64,000 bases of DNA from Candidatus Woesearchaeota archaeon (GCA_964497265.1 CAZCCK010000002.1:20614-84613); one strand, 5' to 3'. Shown: positions 7,219 to 17,904, counted from the stretch's first letter. The notes: generated from the sequence alone by a model not told the origin. Numbers and translations: made by a program.

Positions 7219-9873
7219 ATGACTGAGGGGCAGAGTCAAGATCTTCTAAAAGAACGCAAAGAGAAAGTAGTAACGTATCTTAAAGAGAAGAAAGATTGGT
7301 TTCAATATTTGATTTTAGCTCTTATCATTTGGATAGGCGCGTATGTCAGAGGGTTAGATTTGCCAAATCTAAAAGATATTACAACAGGATTACCTATTTC
7401 TTTAGAGCTTGATTCTACACTTTGGTTAAGATATGCGAGAGCGATTGTAGAGCATGGTTCTTTGTTCAAGGTCGATCCATTGCGTTACGTGCCGCTAGGC
7501 GCAGATATTAGAAATTTGGCTACTTTTACTTCTTATTTTATTGCTTATTTGTACAAAATCTTACACGTATTCAATTCTTCGGTTACGATTGGTTACGCGA
7601 ATAATGTATATCCGATTGTTGCTACAGCGATAATGACTTTTTTTCTTTTTCTTTTAGTAAGGAGATTGTTTGATTGGAAAACCGCGTTAGTTGCTTGTGC
7701 TTTTATTAATGTGAGCCAAACATTTTTCTTTAGAAGTCTAGGCGGATCTTCAGATCATGATATTTTAGGTGCAATGTGGATTATCATGGCATTTTATTTC
7801 TATGTGAGAGGATGGCAATCTAAAAAGAAAGTTGAAAATAGGGCTTGTGCGGTTTTAGCAGCATTAATAACTTCATTAGCGACAATTACGGCTGGTTCTT
7901 ATACATTTATTCTGATGGTGATTGGAGCGGTTAATTTATTTGAGATATTCCTCAATAAGTTTGAGCAGGAGGATTATTACAATTTGCTGACTTACCTTGT
8001 TTCCTTCATGTTGTTTTTCAAGATTTTTAATTCGACTAATTCCATTGTTCCGCTTTTCACTTCCTTAACCACAGGCTCAGTTTATCTTGCTCTAGCGATA
8101 GGAACGATAAATTGGGTAGTTTTCAAGAAAAGGTGGTTAGACAAGATAAGTTATGTACATAAGTACAAAGAAAAAGTTCCTGAAGGAATTTTTAGTTTCG
8201 TTTTAGGTGTATTAATTTTGCTTATCGGAGCTACACTTATTTTTGGACCCAGCTTTTTTATTGAAAAGATAGGAGATCTTTACAGCGTAGTTTTCAAAGC
8301 GTTTAATTATTCGAGATGGGCGTTGACAGTTGCAGAAAACAAAACTCCTTATGTAAAGGATTGGTTCGATCAAATGGGAACGCTTTACGTTTGGGGATTC
8401 ATTATTGGTTCAGTCCTATTATTTTACAACGCTGTGAAAAATTTAAAGAGAGCGTTACCTCTTACGGGAGCTTATACGTTTTTCATTTTCGGCTACATCT
8501 TCTCACGTTATTCAGGAGACAGTATTTTGAATGGATCAAGTTTAATTTCTAAGGGATTGTTTTATGCGGCTATCCTGGTCTTTATTGGAGTAATAGTGTA
8601 TGAGTATTGGAAAATGTTCAAAAGTAGAGATGGAGAGTTTGAAAAGATTAAAGAGATTAACCGAAGATATGCTTTCGTTTTGATGTGGTTCTTAATTATG
8701 ATTCTAGCTGCTGCTTCAGCGATTCGTTTATTATTTGATTTCACACCAATAACAACGATTATTGCAGCGTTTTTAGTGGCAAGTATTTTCGATTATTTTT
8801 ACAGCCTAAAGAATGTGTATTTGAGAAATTTTGGGATTTTCGCTCTTGCTTTAGTATTATTAAGTCCGTTTTCTTTTGCTCAGGGAATTTTGATTTCTGA
8901 GTATCATGCTTCTGAAGGACAAGCAAGATCAGCAGGACCTCAATACAACGCGCAATGGCAAGAAGCTGGAGCGTGGGTAAGAACAAATACCCCGCCAAAC
9001 GCAGTCTTTGCGCACTGGTGGGATTATGGGTATTGGGTACAAGAAGGATTTCAAAGAGCAACGATTACAGATGGAGGGAACTTCTTTGGATGGTGGAATT
9101 ATCTAATGGGAAGAAATGTTTTGACAGGTCAATCCGATGAAGAAGCATTACCTTATTTGTATGCACATAATGCGACTCATCTTTTGGTTCTTGCAGATGA
9201 TGTTGGTAAATATCCTGCATACGCGTCTATTGGTTCAGATAAAAATTATGATCGTTATTCGTTCATTAATACATTTGGATTAGATAAGCAAAACTCTATT
9301 GAAAAAAGAGATGAAACAGTATTACTTTATCAGGGGGGATTTCCTTTAGATGAAGATTTAATTTTGAATGGAAAAGTTTATCCTGCCAGCCAAGCTGGAA
9401 TTGGCGCGGTTATTGTTAATATGAAGCAAAACGGTCAGAATACAGATATTGGTCAGCCAAGAGCTGCTGTTGTTTATCAAGATCAAAGAGTAGATTTACC
9501 CATAAGGTGCATTTTTATTAATGGGCAATTGATTGAATTTAATAATTATAGTTTAGATGGATGTTTTAGAGTCATTCCTGTTATTAATAGTCCAACACAA
9601 ATAGATCCGATTGGCGCGGGCTTTTGGTTATCAAACAGAACGTATCATTCAAGAGTGGGACAATATTATATATTAAACCAAGAATCTAAAAATTTCAAAC
9701 TAGTCTATGATGATTCAAGCAAAATTCCTTTAGCGATCTACCAAGGCCATATTATCGGGCCAATGAAGATTTGGGAGATTAAGTATCCACAAGGATTAAC
9801 TCTTTCCGACAAAGAAAAAGAGTATTATTTAAGGACAGATTATCCTGATGAAGAGTTGTTAAAACCTAGGTAG
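7219..9873 (+). CDS. aglB: Archaeal oligosaccharyltransferase AglB (STT3 family, GT-C)
   Basis: Multi-TM N-terminal half. Acidic first external loop (GLDLPNL...LELDSTLWLRYAR). Hallmark WWDYGYW motif (AHWWDYGYWVQEGFQRATITDGGN). Large C-terminal soluble domain. The track start 7087 is TTG; the first ATG with a sensible N-terminus is 7219 (MTEGQ...). Confidence 0.9.
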   Translation: MTEGQSQDLLKERKEKVVTYLKEKKDWFQYLILALIIWIGAYVRGLDLPNLKDITTGLPISLELDSTLWLRYARAIVEHGSLFKVDPLRYVPLGADIRNLATFTSYFIAYLYKILHVFNSSVTIGYANNVYPIVATAIMTFFLFLLVRRLFDWKTALVACAFINVSQTFFFRSLGGSSDHDILGAMWIIMAFYFYVRGWQSKKKVENRACAVLAALITSLATITAGSYTFILMVIGAVNLFEIFLNKFEQEDYYNLLTYLVSFMLFFKIFNSTNSIVPLFTSLTTGSVYLALAIGTINWVVFKKRWLDKISYVHKYKEKVPEGIFSFVLGVLILLIGATLIFGPSFFIEKIGDLYSVVFKAFNYSRWALTVAENKTPYVKDWFDQMGTLYVWGFIIGSVLLFYNAVKNLKRALPLTGAYTFFIFGYIFSRYSGDSILNGSSLISKGLFYAAILVFIGVIVYEYWKMFKSRDGEFEKIKEINRRYAFVLMWFLIMILAAASAIRLLFDFTPITTIIAAFLVASIFDYFYSLKNVYLRNFGIFALALVLLSPFSFAQGILISEYHASEGQARSAGPQYNAQWQEAGAWVRTNTPPNAVFAHWWDYGYWVQEGFQRATITDGGNFFGWWNYLMGRNVLTGQSDEEALPYLYAHNATHLLVLADDVGKYPAYASIGSDKNYDRYSFINTFGLDKQNSIEKRDETVLLYQGGFPLDEDLILNGKVYPASQAGIGAVIVNMKQNGQNTDIGQPRAAVVYQDQRVDLPIRCIFINGQLIEFNNYSLDGCFRVIPVINSPTQIDPIGAGFWLSNRTYHSRVGQYYILNQESKNFKLVYDDSSKIPLAIYQGHIIGPMKIWEIKYPQGLTLSDKEKEYYLRTDYPDEELLKPR

Positions 9874-9903
9874 TTTTAAAAGGTTTTGCTAGTTGCTAGA
9901 AAG

Positions 9904-11577
9904 ATGCGAAATGCAACTAAAAAGCTTGTTTATTTTTATTTGTTTTTAGTGATAGCAAAAATCATTCTTTCTTTATTTGTTACCGCTCCTTCTGTATTCT
10001 CAGACGAGTACGTATACGCAAAGTTAGCAAGAGGTATTTTTTTTAGTGGAGAATTAAAAATTCATCAAGGAATTTTTACGACTCAGCAAATGCCGTTTTA
10101 TCCATTAGTTATTTCAATTGCTTATATTTTAAAAGATGTGGATCTAGTCTATCTAGTGATAAAAGGGCTGAATGCGCTATTACTAACATTGAGTATATTT
10201 CCAGTATTTTATTTAGCGAAGGATTTTGTCGATGAGAAAAAAGCTTTTTTTGTTGCAGCGATAGTGAGTTTTATTCCTAGTCTGTTTATTACTTCTTTTT
10301 ATATTATGTCTGAAAACGCGTTTTATCCCTTATTTTTATTCTGGATTTTTTTTACGTATAAAGCGCTGAAAGAAGAAAGTTCTTCTTATTTTATTCTTGC
10401 AGGCGGAGCATTAGGACTATGTTTCTTATCAAGGTTTATTGCTTTAGGATTAATTCCGGTTTTATTTTTAGTAAGTATTTTAAAAGTAAAAAAGGTAGGG
10501 TTAAAAAATATAGTATACTACTACACCCCCCCATTAGGAATGATTGCGTTGTGGTTCTTAAGGAATTTGAATTTGACAAAAGAAGCAAGTCAAGTTACGG
10601 GCGTGTATAGCGCTGTAGGAGAGAAATTAATTAATAGCGTTACCGTTTTAATTTTACCATTTGCAAATTGGATTTTGTTATATCTGGGTTATCTTTTGTT
10701 TTCTTCTGGAATTATTTTTGGGATTTACGCTCTTCTTTGTTATAAGATAAAGGACAAAAATCTAAAAATCTTATTTAGTTTATTTTTGTTAAGTTCATTA
10801 ATCTTTGTTCTTGCTGCGGCAAATGAATCTAGTTCTTTTAGAATATTTTTTGAGTCTCCATTTTTGTTTTTTACAAGAAGACCTTTAGGCAGATACGTTG
10901 AGTGTGTAACACCATTGCTAGTTCTTTTAGGTTTCATTGGATTTGAAAAGATAAAGATAAACAATCCTAATTGGAAGAAATTACTTTTATATTCAAGTTG
11001 CTTGCTTCTTTTAACAAGTCAGTTAACAATCGCGCCTTTATTCCCCTTTAATAATTCAAATGTAACTGCTTTAGGCGTTGGAAAATATATTTTAGATATA
11101 ACTTTTGTAGGAAAGTTTGTTGACACTCAAATTGTATATCCTAGTTTTTTTATTCTTGCTTTAGTTTTGGTAGTTTTACCTTGGTTTTTTTTAAAGAAAA
11201 AATCTTGGCAACCTAAATTAATCATGATCTTTTTTATCGTATCTTCAATAGCTGCTTTTGGAGTGACCTACAAAGAAAGTGAGAAATGGTCACAAAGTCC
11301 TCAAATGAAATTTGGTCACGAAATTGAGAAAGAATATCCTTCAAGTAAAATAATTCTCTTTGATGAAAGAGATTGTGTTGAGCAACTTTCGTTAACCCAA
11401 GAGGGAGAGATTTGTGAAAAGAGTAAAAAATCTACCTTAATGGGATTTTGGTTGAATAAGGACATAATAATTGGAAATGTGGAAACGCAAAAAGCGGATT
11501 TAGTTATAAGTAAACATCAGCTAAACTTAAAAAAGGTTAAGGATTTAAATGGAGGCGTTTTTGTGTATCAACCATGA
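9904..11577 (+). CDS. GT-C superfamily membrane glycosyltransferase (ArnT/PMT/GT39-83-like), lipid-linked-sugar dependent
   Basis: About 13 predicted TM helices. Conserved acidic DE motif in the first extracytoplasmic loop (FSDEYVYAKLARGIFF). No WWDYG motif. The track start 9886 is TTG; the first ATG is 9904. Confidence 0.5.
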   Translation: MRNATKKLVYFYLFLVIAKIILSLFVTAPSVFSDEYVYAKLARGIFFSGELKIHQGIFTTQQMPFYPLVISIAYILKDVDLVYLVIKGLNALLLTLSIFPVFYLAKDFVDEKKAFFVAAIVSFIPSLFITSFYIMSENAFYPLFLFWIFFTYKALKEESSSYFILAGGALGLCFLSRFIALGLIPVLFLVSILKVKKVGLKNIVYYYTPPLGMIALWFLRNLNLTKEASQVTGVYSAVGEKLINSVTVLILPFANWILLYLGYLLFSSGIIFGIYALLCYKIKDKNLKILFSLFLLSSLIFVLAAANESSSFRIFFESPFLFFTRRPLGRYVECVTPLLVLLGFIGFEKIKINNPNWKKLLLYSSCLLLLTSQLTIAPLFPFNNSNVTALGVGKYILDITFVGKFVDTQIVYPSFFILALVLVVLPWFFLKKKSWQPKLIMIFFIVSSIAAFGVTYKESEKWSQSPQMKFGHEIEKEYPSSKIILFDERDCVEQLSLTQEGEICEKSKKSTLMGFWLNKDIIIGNVETQKADLVISKHQLNLKKVKDLNGGVFVYQP

Positions 11578-12458
11578 AAGTTGTCGTAACAATTCCCGCT
11601 TATAACGAAGAGAAAACGTTAGGAAAAGTAATTGAAGATATTAAAAAGATTATGGATGAAAATAAGTATAATTATAAAATTCTCGTAGTTAATGATGGTT
11701 CCAGGGATAAAACTGCCGAAATAGCAAAGAAGGCGGGAGCTATTGTCTTTTCTCATCCGTTTAATATGGGTCTTGCAGAAACGTTTAGAACTGAAATGAA
11801 GAAGTGTTTGGAATTAAAGGCGGATATTATTGTGCATACTGACGCCGATGGGCAGTATCTTGCTTCAGATATTCCTCGTCTGATCGATCCGGTTGTTAAA
11901 GGAGAAGCAGATTTAGTATTAGGATCACGTTTTAAAGGAAAGATTGAGTCTATGCCGTTGATTAAAAGGTTAGGGAACAAAGCGTTTTCTCATGTAATTT
12001 CAAAGATTACCAAGCTGAAAATTTCAGATGGTCAAACAGGTTTTAGAGCGTTCACAAAAAAAGTTGCTGAGGCGATTCCGGTTATTTCTACGCACACGTA
12101 TACTCAAGAAACAATTATTCGAACTGCGCATCACAAGTTTAGAATTAAAGAAGTTCCCGTGTATTTTGCAAAGAGAGATGGAAAGTCAAGATTAATTTCT
12201 AATCCTTTTGAGTATGCGATTAAGGCTTGGATTAATATTTTTAGGATTTATAGAGATCATGAGCCTTTGAGGTTTTTCGGTCTGTTTGGAGGAGCTTTTA
12301 TTTTGTTAGGGCTAATCTTAGGTGCTTCTTTAACATATATTTTTTTAAGAACGGGCAAAGTGGGCCATATTCCTTTAACTATTTTAAGTATGCTTTTGAT
12401 TATCGTTGGATTACAGATAGTGTTGTTTGGATTCTTAGCAGATATGAATAAAAGATAA
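11574..12458 (+). CDS. GT2 glycosyltransferase, DPM1/GtrB-like polyprenyl-phosphate sugar synthase with a C-terminal two-TM anchor
   Basis: VVTIPAYNEEKTL...VNDGSRDKT...TDADGQ (DxD). Two C-terminal TM helices. ATGA overlap with the upstream gene. Confidence 0.8.
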   Translation: MKVVVTIPAYNEEKTLGKVIEDIKKIMDENKYNYKILVVNDGSRDKTAEIAKKAGAIVFSHPFNMGLAETFRTEMKKCLELKADIIVHTDADGQYLASDIPRLIDPVVKGEADLVLGSRFKGKIESMPLIKRLGNKAFSHVISKITKLKISDGQTGFRAFTKKVAEAIPVISTHTYTQETIIRTAHHKFRIKEVPVYFAKRDGKSRLISNPFEYAIKAWINIFRIYRDHEPLRFFGLFGGAFILLGLILGASLTYIFLRTGKVGHIPLTILSMLLIIVGLQIVLFGFLADMNKR

Positions 12459-12474
12459 AATGGATGAAACAGAG

Positions 12475-13704
12475 CTACTTCGATTTCGCAGCAAGTTGAT
12501 AAACGTTAAGTGTGTCTTTAAGCATTCTAGGTAAGTTCCAAAAAGAAGAAATTTTTTCTCTTCCGAGTCTACCCATTTCTTGGGCTTTTCGAGGATTTGA
12601 AAAGAGGTCTATGACCGCGTCAGAGATTGCTGCTGGATCTTTAGGAGCGACAAGATAACCTTCTTTAGAGGTTATAAGTTCTGGCTGACCTCCAACATTT
12701 GTACCAACAACAGGGGTGGCGGTCATCATTGCTTCCATATACGCTTGAGCGAGTTGTTCGATAATTGGTGGCATGACAAAGACGTTTGCGTTTTGTAAGT
12801 AAAGGGGAACTTCTTTAGGATCGAGATAGTCCTTAAATTCAAAGCTTTGCGCAAGATTGTTTTTCTGAACAAAATTACGAATCATTTTTTTATAGAGAAA
12901 AGATGCGCTTCCAACAAGAATGAATTTTGTTTCTGGGAATTTTTCAAGAATTTTGGGTGCGGCTTTAACAAGATAGATTGCTCCTTTGCGTTCCATGTTT
13001 GCGCCTATGAAGAGGACTGTTTTTTTCTGATATTTATCTTTTGGAATTGGAACGTCATATTTAGGAATGTTAATTCCTCTATAAACGACATGCATTTTTT
13101 CTTGGGGGAGAGCGTATTTTTTAGTGAGAAGGTTTGCTGCGTATTTGCAGTTTGGAATGATAAAGGTTGCGCCTCGAAGAGTTCGAACATAGAGGTATTT
13201 GATAAGATTATGATGAAGATAGCGGATAGGCATGTCTGTGGATTTGAAATGAAATTTGAAAGGATTCCATGAAGAGCCAACAATGTAATAATCATTAATA
13301 GAAACGATAGTAGGAAAATAAGAGTGGAGATAGGTATGATCCAAAAATGCTGCGTCTCGTAAGGTAATACTATGCAAAAGATCATATTTTGTGAGATCTA
13401 AAGTGCCAGATTTAAGGAAGGCGTTTGCTTTTTTAGCAAAGAGAGTATGCTTGTCTAAGAAGCTCCGGTTTTCTTTAGCTAAAGTTATTTTTTTTTGGAG
13501 GGGAAGACGATAGATAGTAAGATTGTCTATGACTTCATAGTCTAGACTAGTAGCATCATGTTTTGGTGTTAGAAGAGTGATTTTATACTGCTCTTTATAG
13601 TCCGTTTTCAGATAATTAATAAGGTTAAAAGCGTACATTCCTGTACCTGCAAGAGGATAAGGAGGGTATTCAAAACTGATGAGGATAATATTTAATGGTT
13701 TCAT
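12475..13704 (-). CDS. GT4 family glycosyltransferase
   Basis: GT-B fold with the C-terminal E-x7-E region (EAMMTATPVVGTNVGGQPELI). Confidence 0.8.
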   Translation of the reverse strand: MKPLNIILISFEYPPYPLAGTGMYAFNLINYLKTDYKEQYKITLLTPKHDATSLDYEVIDNLTIYRLPLQKKITLAKENRSFLDKHTLFAKKANAFLKSGTLDLTKYDLLHSITLRDAAFLDHTYLHSYFPTIVSINDYYIVGSSWNPFKFHFKSTDMPIRYLHHNLIKYLYVRTLRGATFIIPNCKYAANLLTKKYALPQEKMHVVYRGINIPKYDVPIPKDKYQKKTVLFIGANMERKGAIYLVKAAPKILEKFPETKFILVGSASFLYKKMIRNFVQKNNLAQSFEFKDYLDPKEVPLYLQNANVFVMPPIIEQLAQAYMEAMMTATPVVGTNVGGQPELITSKEGYLVAPKDPAAISDAVIDLFSNPRKAQEMGRLGREKISSFWNLPRMLKDTLNVYQLAAKSK

Positions 13705-13779
13705 AGAAAAAAGAGAATAGATGGCTTTAAAAGATTTACTTAGGACAAAAATTATAAAGAGAGCGCTCTAACCAATAAG

Positions 13780-14139
13780 ATGGAAAAGTACATTCAAGAG
13801 TTAATGAAAGTCAAGGGTATTCTTGACGCTAAACCAATAGAAGGAACTCAGAAGAATGTGTTAACCAATTTAGAAAGTGAAAACAATATTGGTATGTTAG
13901 CGTGTTTACAAAGAACCAATGTGGTGGTAGTAGTTCATAATGAAGCGTTCCGCAAGCCTCTTGGATCGTTAGTTCAGGTTGAGGAGGGAAAGGTAGTGTT
14001 TCCAGGGTTGCCTTTTCCTGAAGTAAAGGCGAAAAACGTCATCTCCGCCTCTCCGTCTAAGGATGCGCACGATTTTTTAAGAAGAGAATTTGGATGGGAA
14101 GAAAATACTTTAGCGACGATTCTTATTGGTTTTGATTAG
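13780..14139 (+). CDS. Hypothetical small protein
   Basis: ORF in a divergent intergenic region. No recognisable motif. Confidence 0.3.
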   Translation: MEKYIQELMKVKGILDAKPIEGTQKNVLTNLESENNIGMLACLQRTNVVVVVHNEAFRKPLGSLVQVEEGKVVFPGLPFPEVKAKNVISASPSKDAHDFLRREFGWEENTLATILIGFD

Positions 14140-14192
14140 GTTTAAAGACGAAAAAGGAAGGTTTAAATAGAAAATCCTAATAATCGAAGAAG

Positions 14193-15662
14193 ATGGATAA
14201 AAGCACAATTGGAAAGGGTGAAACTCTTCTCATAGTTCCTCCAAATAGAAGTTACGATCGCAGGTTGCCTTTAGGAGTAATGCAGATTTCTTCTTATCTA
14301 ACAAGTAAAAACTTCGAAAATGATATTCTTGATTTTAAAGGAATTGAGCAAGAAAAGGGAATGGAGAAGATAAAAGAAGCGATTCTGAAATCTAAGCCAA
14401 AGTTTGTAGGGATGTCTTGTTTTATTACAGAACTTCCAATTTTAAAAGAGTTATGTGAATTTATAAAGAAAGAAAACAAAGATACTGTTATTATCATTGG
14501 CGGACCTTATCCTACTGAGAGGCCAGATCATTTTGTGGAAAAAGAGATAAAGTTTGATTATTTAGTTTTAGGTGAGGCTGAAGAAAGTTTTTATGAGTTA
14601 ATTAAAGAGATTAAAGAAGGAAGAGATGGAAAAGAGTTGAAGGGAGTTGCTTATCTTAAAGAAGGAAAATTAATAAAAAATGCTAGTCGTCCTGACGTTC
14701 AGAATTTAGATGAGCTTCCTTTTCCAGCATATGAAAAAGTTGATATGAAGTATTACACTCAGCCTAATTCTTGGACGATTCGAGGAGTGTATCTTTCTTC
14801 CTTGTTGATGTTTACAGCCAGAGGATGTCCTTATGTGTGTAAGTTTTGTACGGTGAGAGATAGAAGGCCGAGGATGATGAGTCCTAAGAAGATTGTCGAT
14901 CATTTAGAATTATTAGTTAAGAATTATAAGATTGATGGTATTCAATTTGGGGATGATACCTTTACGTTATATCGGTGGAGAGTATATGAGATTTTCAAGT
15001 TGATTAAAGAGAGAGGAATTAAGTTAATTTATGGTATTCAAACAAGAGCAGATTTGTTAGATGAGGAGTTAGTAAAGTTCTTGAAAGAAAATGGAGTTAT
15101 TCAAGTAAACATGGGTATTGAATCTGGTTCTGATAAAATGCTTAAAGTGGTAGATAAACGTGTTACTGTTGCTAGAATTCGACAAACAGCTCAGGTTTGT
15201 AGAACGTTAGGAATGAGGATGTCCGCATTTATGATGATTAATATTCCTGGAGAAACCAAGGAAGATATAGAAGAATCGTTAAAGTTAGTGAAGGAAATGA
15301 AGTTTAACGTGACCCAGTGGAGCGTGTATAATCCTTATCCTGGAACAGATTTAGGAGGAGAATTAGATTTAGAAGATCTTAATGTAATTTCAAAGTTTCC
15401 ATCAAAAGAGTCGATGGAGCTTATTGAAAAGAAGTATAAGTATGCGACTTATCCTGATCGCTTGGCTGATATGTTAGCGTATATTCACTCACAAACGTTT
15501 AATGTAAGAAATGTGAAGATGATTCTTGGTGGGGATTATATTCCTTCATTTTTTAGGTTCGTTTCTTTTATGTTTGATGGAAATTATTTTAAGAAGCTTG
15601 GAACAAGTAAGAGAAAGTTAGATTATATTACCAGTATTAAAAGTCAGTTTTTAGGATTATAA
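14193..15662 (+). CDS. B12-binding (class B) radical SAM protein
   Basis: N-terminal cobalamin-binding-like domain, then the radical SAM cluster motif TARGCPYVCKFCTV (CxxxCxxC). Confidence 0.85.
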   Translation: MDKSTIGKGETLLIVPPNRSYDRRLPLGVMQISSYLTSKNFENDILDFKGIEQEKGMEKIKEAILKSKPKFVGMSCFITELPILKELCEFIKKENKDTVIIIGGPYPTERPDHFVEKEIKFDYLVLGEAEESFYELIKEIKEGRDGKELKGVAYLKEGKLIKNASRPDVQNLDELPFPAYEKVDMKYYTQPNSWTIRGVYLSSLLMFTARGCPYVCKFCTVRDRRPRMMSPKKIVDHLELLVKNYKIDGIQFGDDTFTLYRWRVYEIFKLIKERGIKLIYGIQTRADLLDEELVKFLKENGVIQVNMGIESGSDKMLKVVDKRVTVARIRQTAQVCRTLGMRMSAFMMINIPGETKEDIEESLKLVKEMKFNVTQWSVYNPYPGTDLGGELDLEDLNVISKFPSKESMELIEKKYKYATYPDRLADMLAYIHSQTFNVRNVKMILGGDYIPSFFRFVSFMFDGNYFKKLGTSKRKLDYITSIKSQFLGL

Positions 15663-16588
15663 GGTTTTGTTTCTTTTGAGAAAAAGTGTAAAGAGTATTT
15701 TGTGGAGAGGTAAAAGGTAAGATATCCTCCTATGAGTAGGGCAGGGGCAAGTGAAATAATCCGGAAGAGCAAGACTGCTAGAGCGCTGTCAAGGGGCGCC
15801 ATTCCTAATAAGAGGAGGAATCCTCCCATAGAGAGGTCAGCAGATCCAAATCCGCCTGGAATTCCAGAGAGTCTCCCAATGATAGTAGGTAAGAAGTAAA
15901 CTAAGAAAACGGTAGGATAGGTAATTTTGAAGTTGAAAGAGAGGAGGATAAATTGAAGTATGAGGGGGATGATGAAAATTTGAAGAAGGGTGTAAGGAGA
16001 AACAATAAGGAATGTTTTTTTGTTAAGGAATTGTGTTTTGACTTCTGAGAGGGTTGCGAGTGTATTTTCTTTGGTGAGATTATATTTTTTCCCTAGTTTG
16101 AGGAGGAATTTTGGAAAAATATTTTTAAATTTCCAGGAGAATTCGATAAGGGATCTGTATTTTAAAAAAAGAACGAGGATAAAAACCAAGCTAACTAAGG
16201 ATATACTGAGAACGAAGTAGATTTGTTTAGAAGAGCTAAGAAAGTAGCTGCCTGCAAAAGCGAGAGTAATGGGAAAGAGGAGGATAAGAACTGCGAAATC
16301 GAGAAGTTGTTCGAAAATAGTGATGAGTAAGGCTTTACCAACTGAAAGATCAGTGTAATGTTTCGCAGCTAGAGGTTTGCTTATGAGAGATCCTGCGATA
16401 AAGGGAGTGATTGTTGAGGAGAATTTTGTGATGCAAAAGATATAGAAAGAGTCAAGGTAAGAGACTTTTCCGTTTAAGATGCGTACAAGCGAGGCAAACC
16501 TTGCACCTAGGATAAAATGATAGAGAAGATTAAAAAAGATAGCTAAAAAGAGATAGAAACCAGAAAGTGGGGTTAAAGAAAAGCTCAT
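15644..16588 (-). CDS. UPF0104 / lysylphosphatidylglycerol-synthase-TM-like membrane protein (putative flippase-like)
   Basis: 8 predicted TM helices. GIPGGFGSADLSMGGFLLLLG matches the PGG(L/F)G signature of the flippase-like domain. Confidence 0.45.
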   Translation of the reverse strand: MSFSLTPLSGFYLFLAIFFNLLYHFILGARFASLVRILNGKVSYLDSFYIFCITKFSSTITPFIAGSLISKPLAAKHYTDLSVGKALLITIFEQLLDFAVLILLFPITLAFAGSYFLSSSKQIYFVLSISLVSLVFILVLFLKYRSLIEFSWKFKNIFPKFLLKLGKKYNLTKENTLATLSEVKTQFLNKKTFLIVSPYTLLQIFIIPLILQFILLSFNFKITYPTVFLVYFLPTIIGRLSGIPGGFGSADLSMGGFLLLLGMAPLDSALAVLLFRIISLAPALLIGGYLTFYLSTKYSLHFFSKETKPYNPKN

Positions 16589-16625
16589 AATTTTAAGAGA
16601 AAAAGTTTGTTTTTATAGTTTTGGT

Positions 16626-17891
16626 TTAGTTGTTTCCAACTAAGATAGGTTCCATTTTTTGAAGGTCTGCAGCTTCAGTTGCTTGTTCGCTGCTAGTAGG
16701 TAGAGGAAAGTTTTTTTCACGTAATGAAGCGATTCCATCTTCCTTTTCGTAGGTGATAAGTTTTTCGCAAGTTTTACAGATAGGTAAGACCGGGTTGTTG
16801 AGGAAGCGTTTTCTAAAGTCAGTAAGTTCTTTTCCGTACCAGATTTCTTCGAAAGATTGTTGGAGGATATTTCCAAAGGGTTTTTTTATTGCGAAGCAAA
16901 AGATGACGTTTCCTTCGCAGTCTACTCGTGGAATAAAGAGTTGTTTGCAGAAGTGTTCTCCATCGACAGTACGGTTATAGTAGCTGGAAAGTTTTTCTTT
17001 GAAGTAAAAGGGCATGTATCCAATAACGACGCCTCTATCAGTTGCTGCTTTTTCAGTGTCATCTAAACTAAGTTTAAGTTTTTCCATGCTATATTCTGGA
17101 AGTTCTTGATCTCCTGAAACAAGAGGGAAATTCTCATAAGTATTTGGAATGTTGAGCGCTTTAGCTGTCTCTTCAATCATTTCTTTGGTGTACATTCTTT
17201 CGTATTCTAATTCGATGTAGTTTGCTTTGGATTCCTTAGCGACATCTATAATTTCTTTAAGATGGGGCATGTTTTCTTTAGTTATAACTGAAACTAAGCT
17301 AACAAAGATACCTCGTTCTCTCATAGCTTTGACGTTTTTCATAGACTGTTGGAAGGCAAATTGCCAGCCTCTAATTTGATTGTGAATTTTTTCAGGTCCG
17401 TCAATGGAGACTACGACGCTCGACATTTCTTTGTATTTTTCGAGTTTTTCGATCATAGGTGGAGAAAGAAGTGTTCCGTTGGTTGCGATTGCTGTTTTGA
17501 TTCCTTTTGTTTGTAAGAATTCAAGAATTTCAAAGATATCTCTTCGTAAGAAAAGTTCTCCGCCAATAAGGGTAATGTTTTTGAGCGTGGGAACTTTATT
17601 GACCATTATTTTAAAGTCTTCGAAAGACATTTCTTTGGATTTAGTGGTGACAGCGAAGTTGATATAGCACATTCTACATCTTAAGTTACATTTTCCTGTG
17701 GGTTCCCAGATTAAAGAGTCTGGTAAAGGAATGTCTCCTGTTTCTAGAAATGACCTATACATTCCACGGAGTTTAGAATAATAACGGTTAAGATAAAATT
17801 TTCTTGCTACACCCATTACTCCTAAGTCTGACGCGACGAGTTTAAGTTTGGTAGAAATTTTAGTCATAGCGGAAATTTTAGGCATGGGCAT
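16626..17891 (-). CDS. Radical SAM / SPASM-domain protein (anSME/PqqE-like architecture)
   Basis: CNLRCRMCY (CxxxCxxC). GGE(L/P) and SIDGPEKIHNQIRG motifs. C-terminal Cys cluster (CEGNVIFCFAIKKPFGN...PICKTCEKL). The track TTG start at 17954 would overlap the upstream gene by 50 nt; ATG at 17891 (MPMPKI...) is more plausible. Confidence 0.8.
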   Translation of the reverse strand: MPMPKISAMTKISTKLKLVASDLGVMGVARKFYLNRYYSKLRGMYRSFLETGDIPLPDSLIWEPTGKCNLRCRMCYINFAVTTKSKEMSFEDFKIMVNKVPTLKNITLIGGELFLRRDIFEILEFLQTKGIKTAIATNGTLLSPPMIEKLEKYKEMSSVVVSIDGPEKIHNQIRGWQFAFQQSMKNVKAMRERGIFVSLVSVITKENMPHLKEIIDVAKESKANYIELEYERMYTKEMIEETAKALNIPNTYENFPLVSGDQELPEYSMEKLKLSLDDTEKAATDRGVVIGYMPFYFKEKLSSYYNRTVDGEHFCKQLFIPRVDCEGNVIFCFAIKKPFGNILQQSFEEIWYGKELTDFRKRFLNNPVLPICKTCEKLITYEKEDGIASLREKNFPLPTSSEQATEAADLQKMEPILVGNN

Positions 17892-17904
17892 CACTTTTTG
17901 TTGA

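Noticed and set aside
2234-13385. Many 60-140-aa ORFs on the opposite strand inside larger genes (e.g. 2234..2428, 2879..3085, 4370..4584, 6605..6859, 8316..9140, 10419..10964, 11753..11980, 12847..13385)
   Set aside because: They overlap well-supported long CDSs, have low-complexity or hydrophobic-junk composition, and carry no motifs. They are typical AT-rich-genome shadow ORFs.
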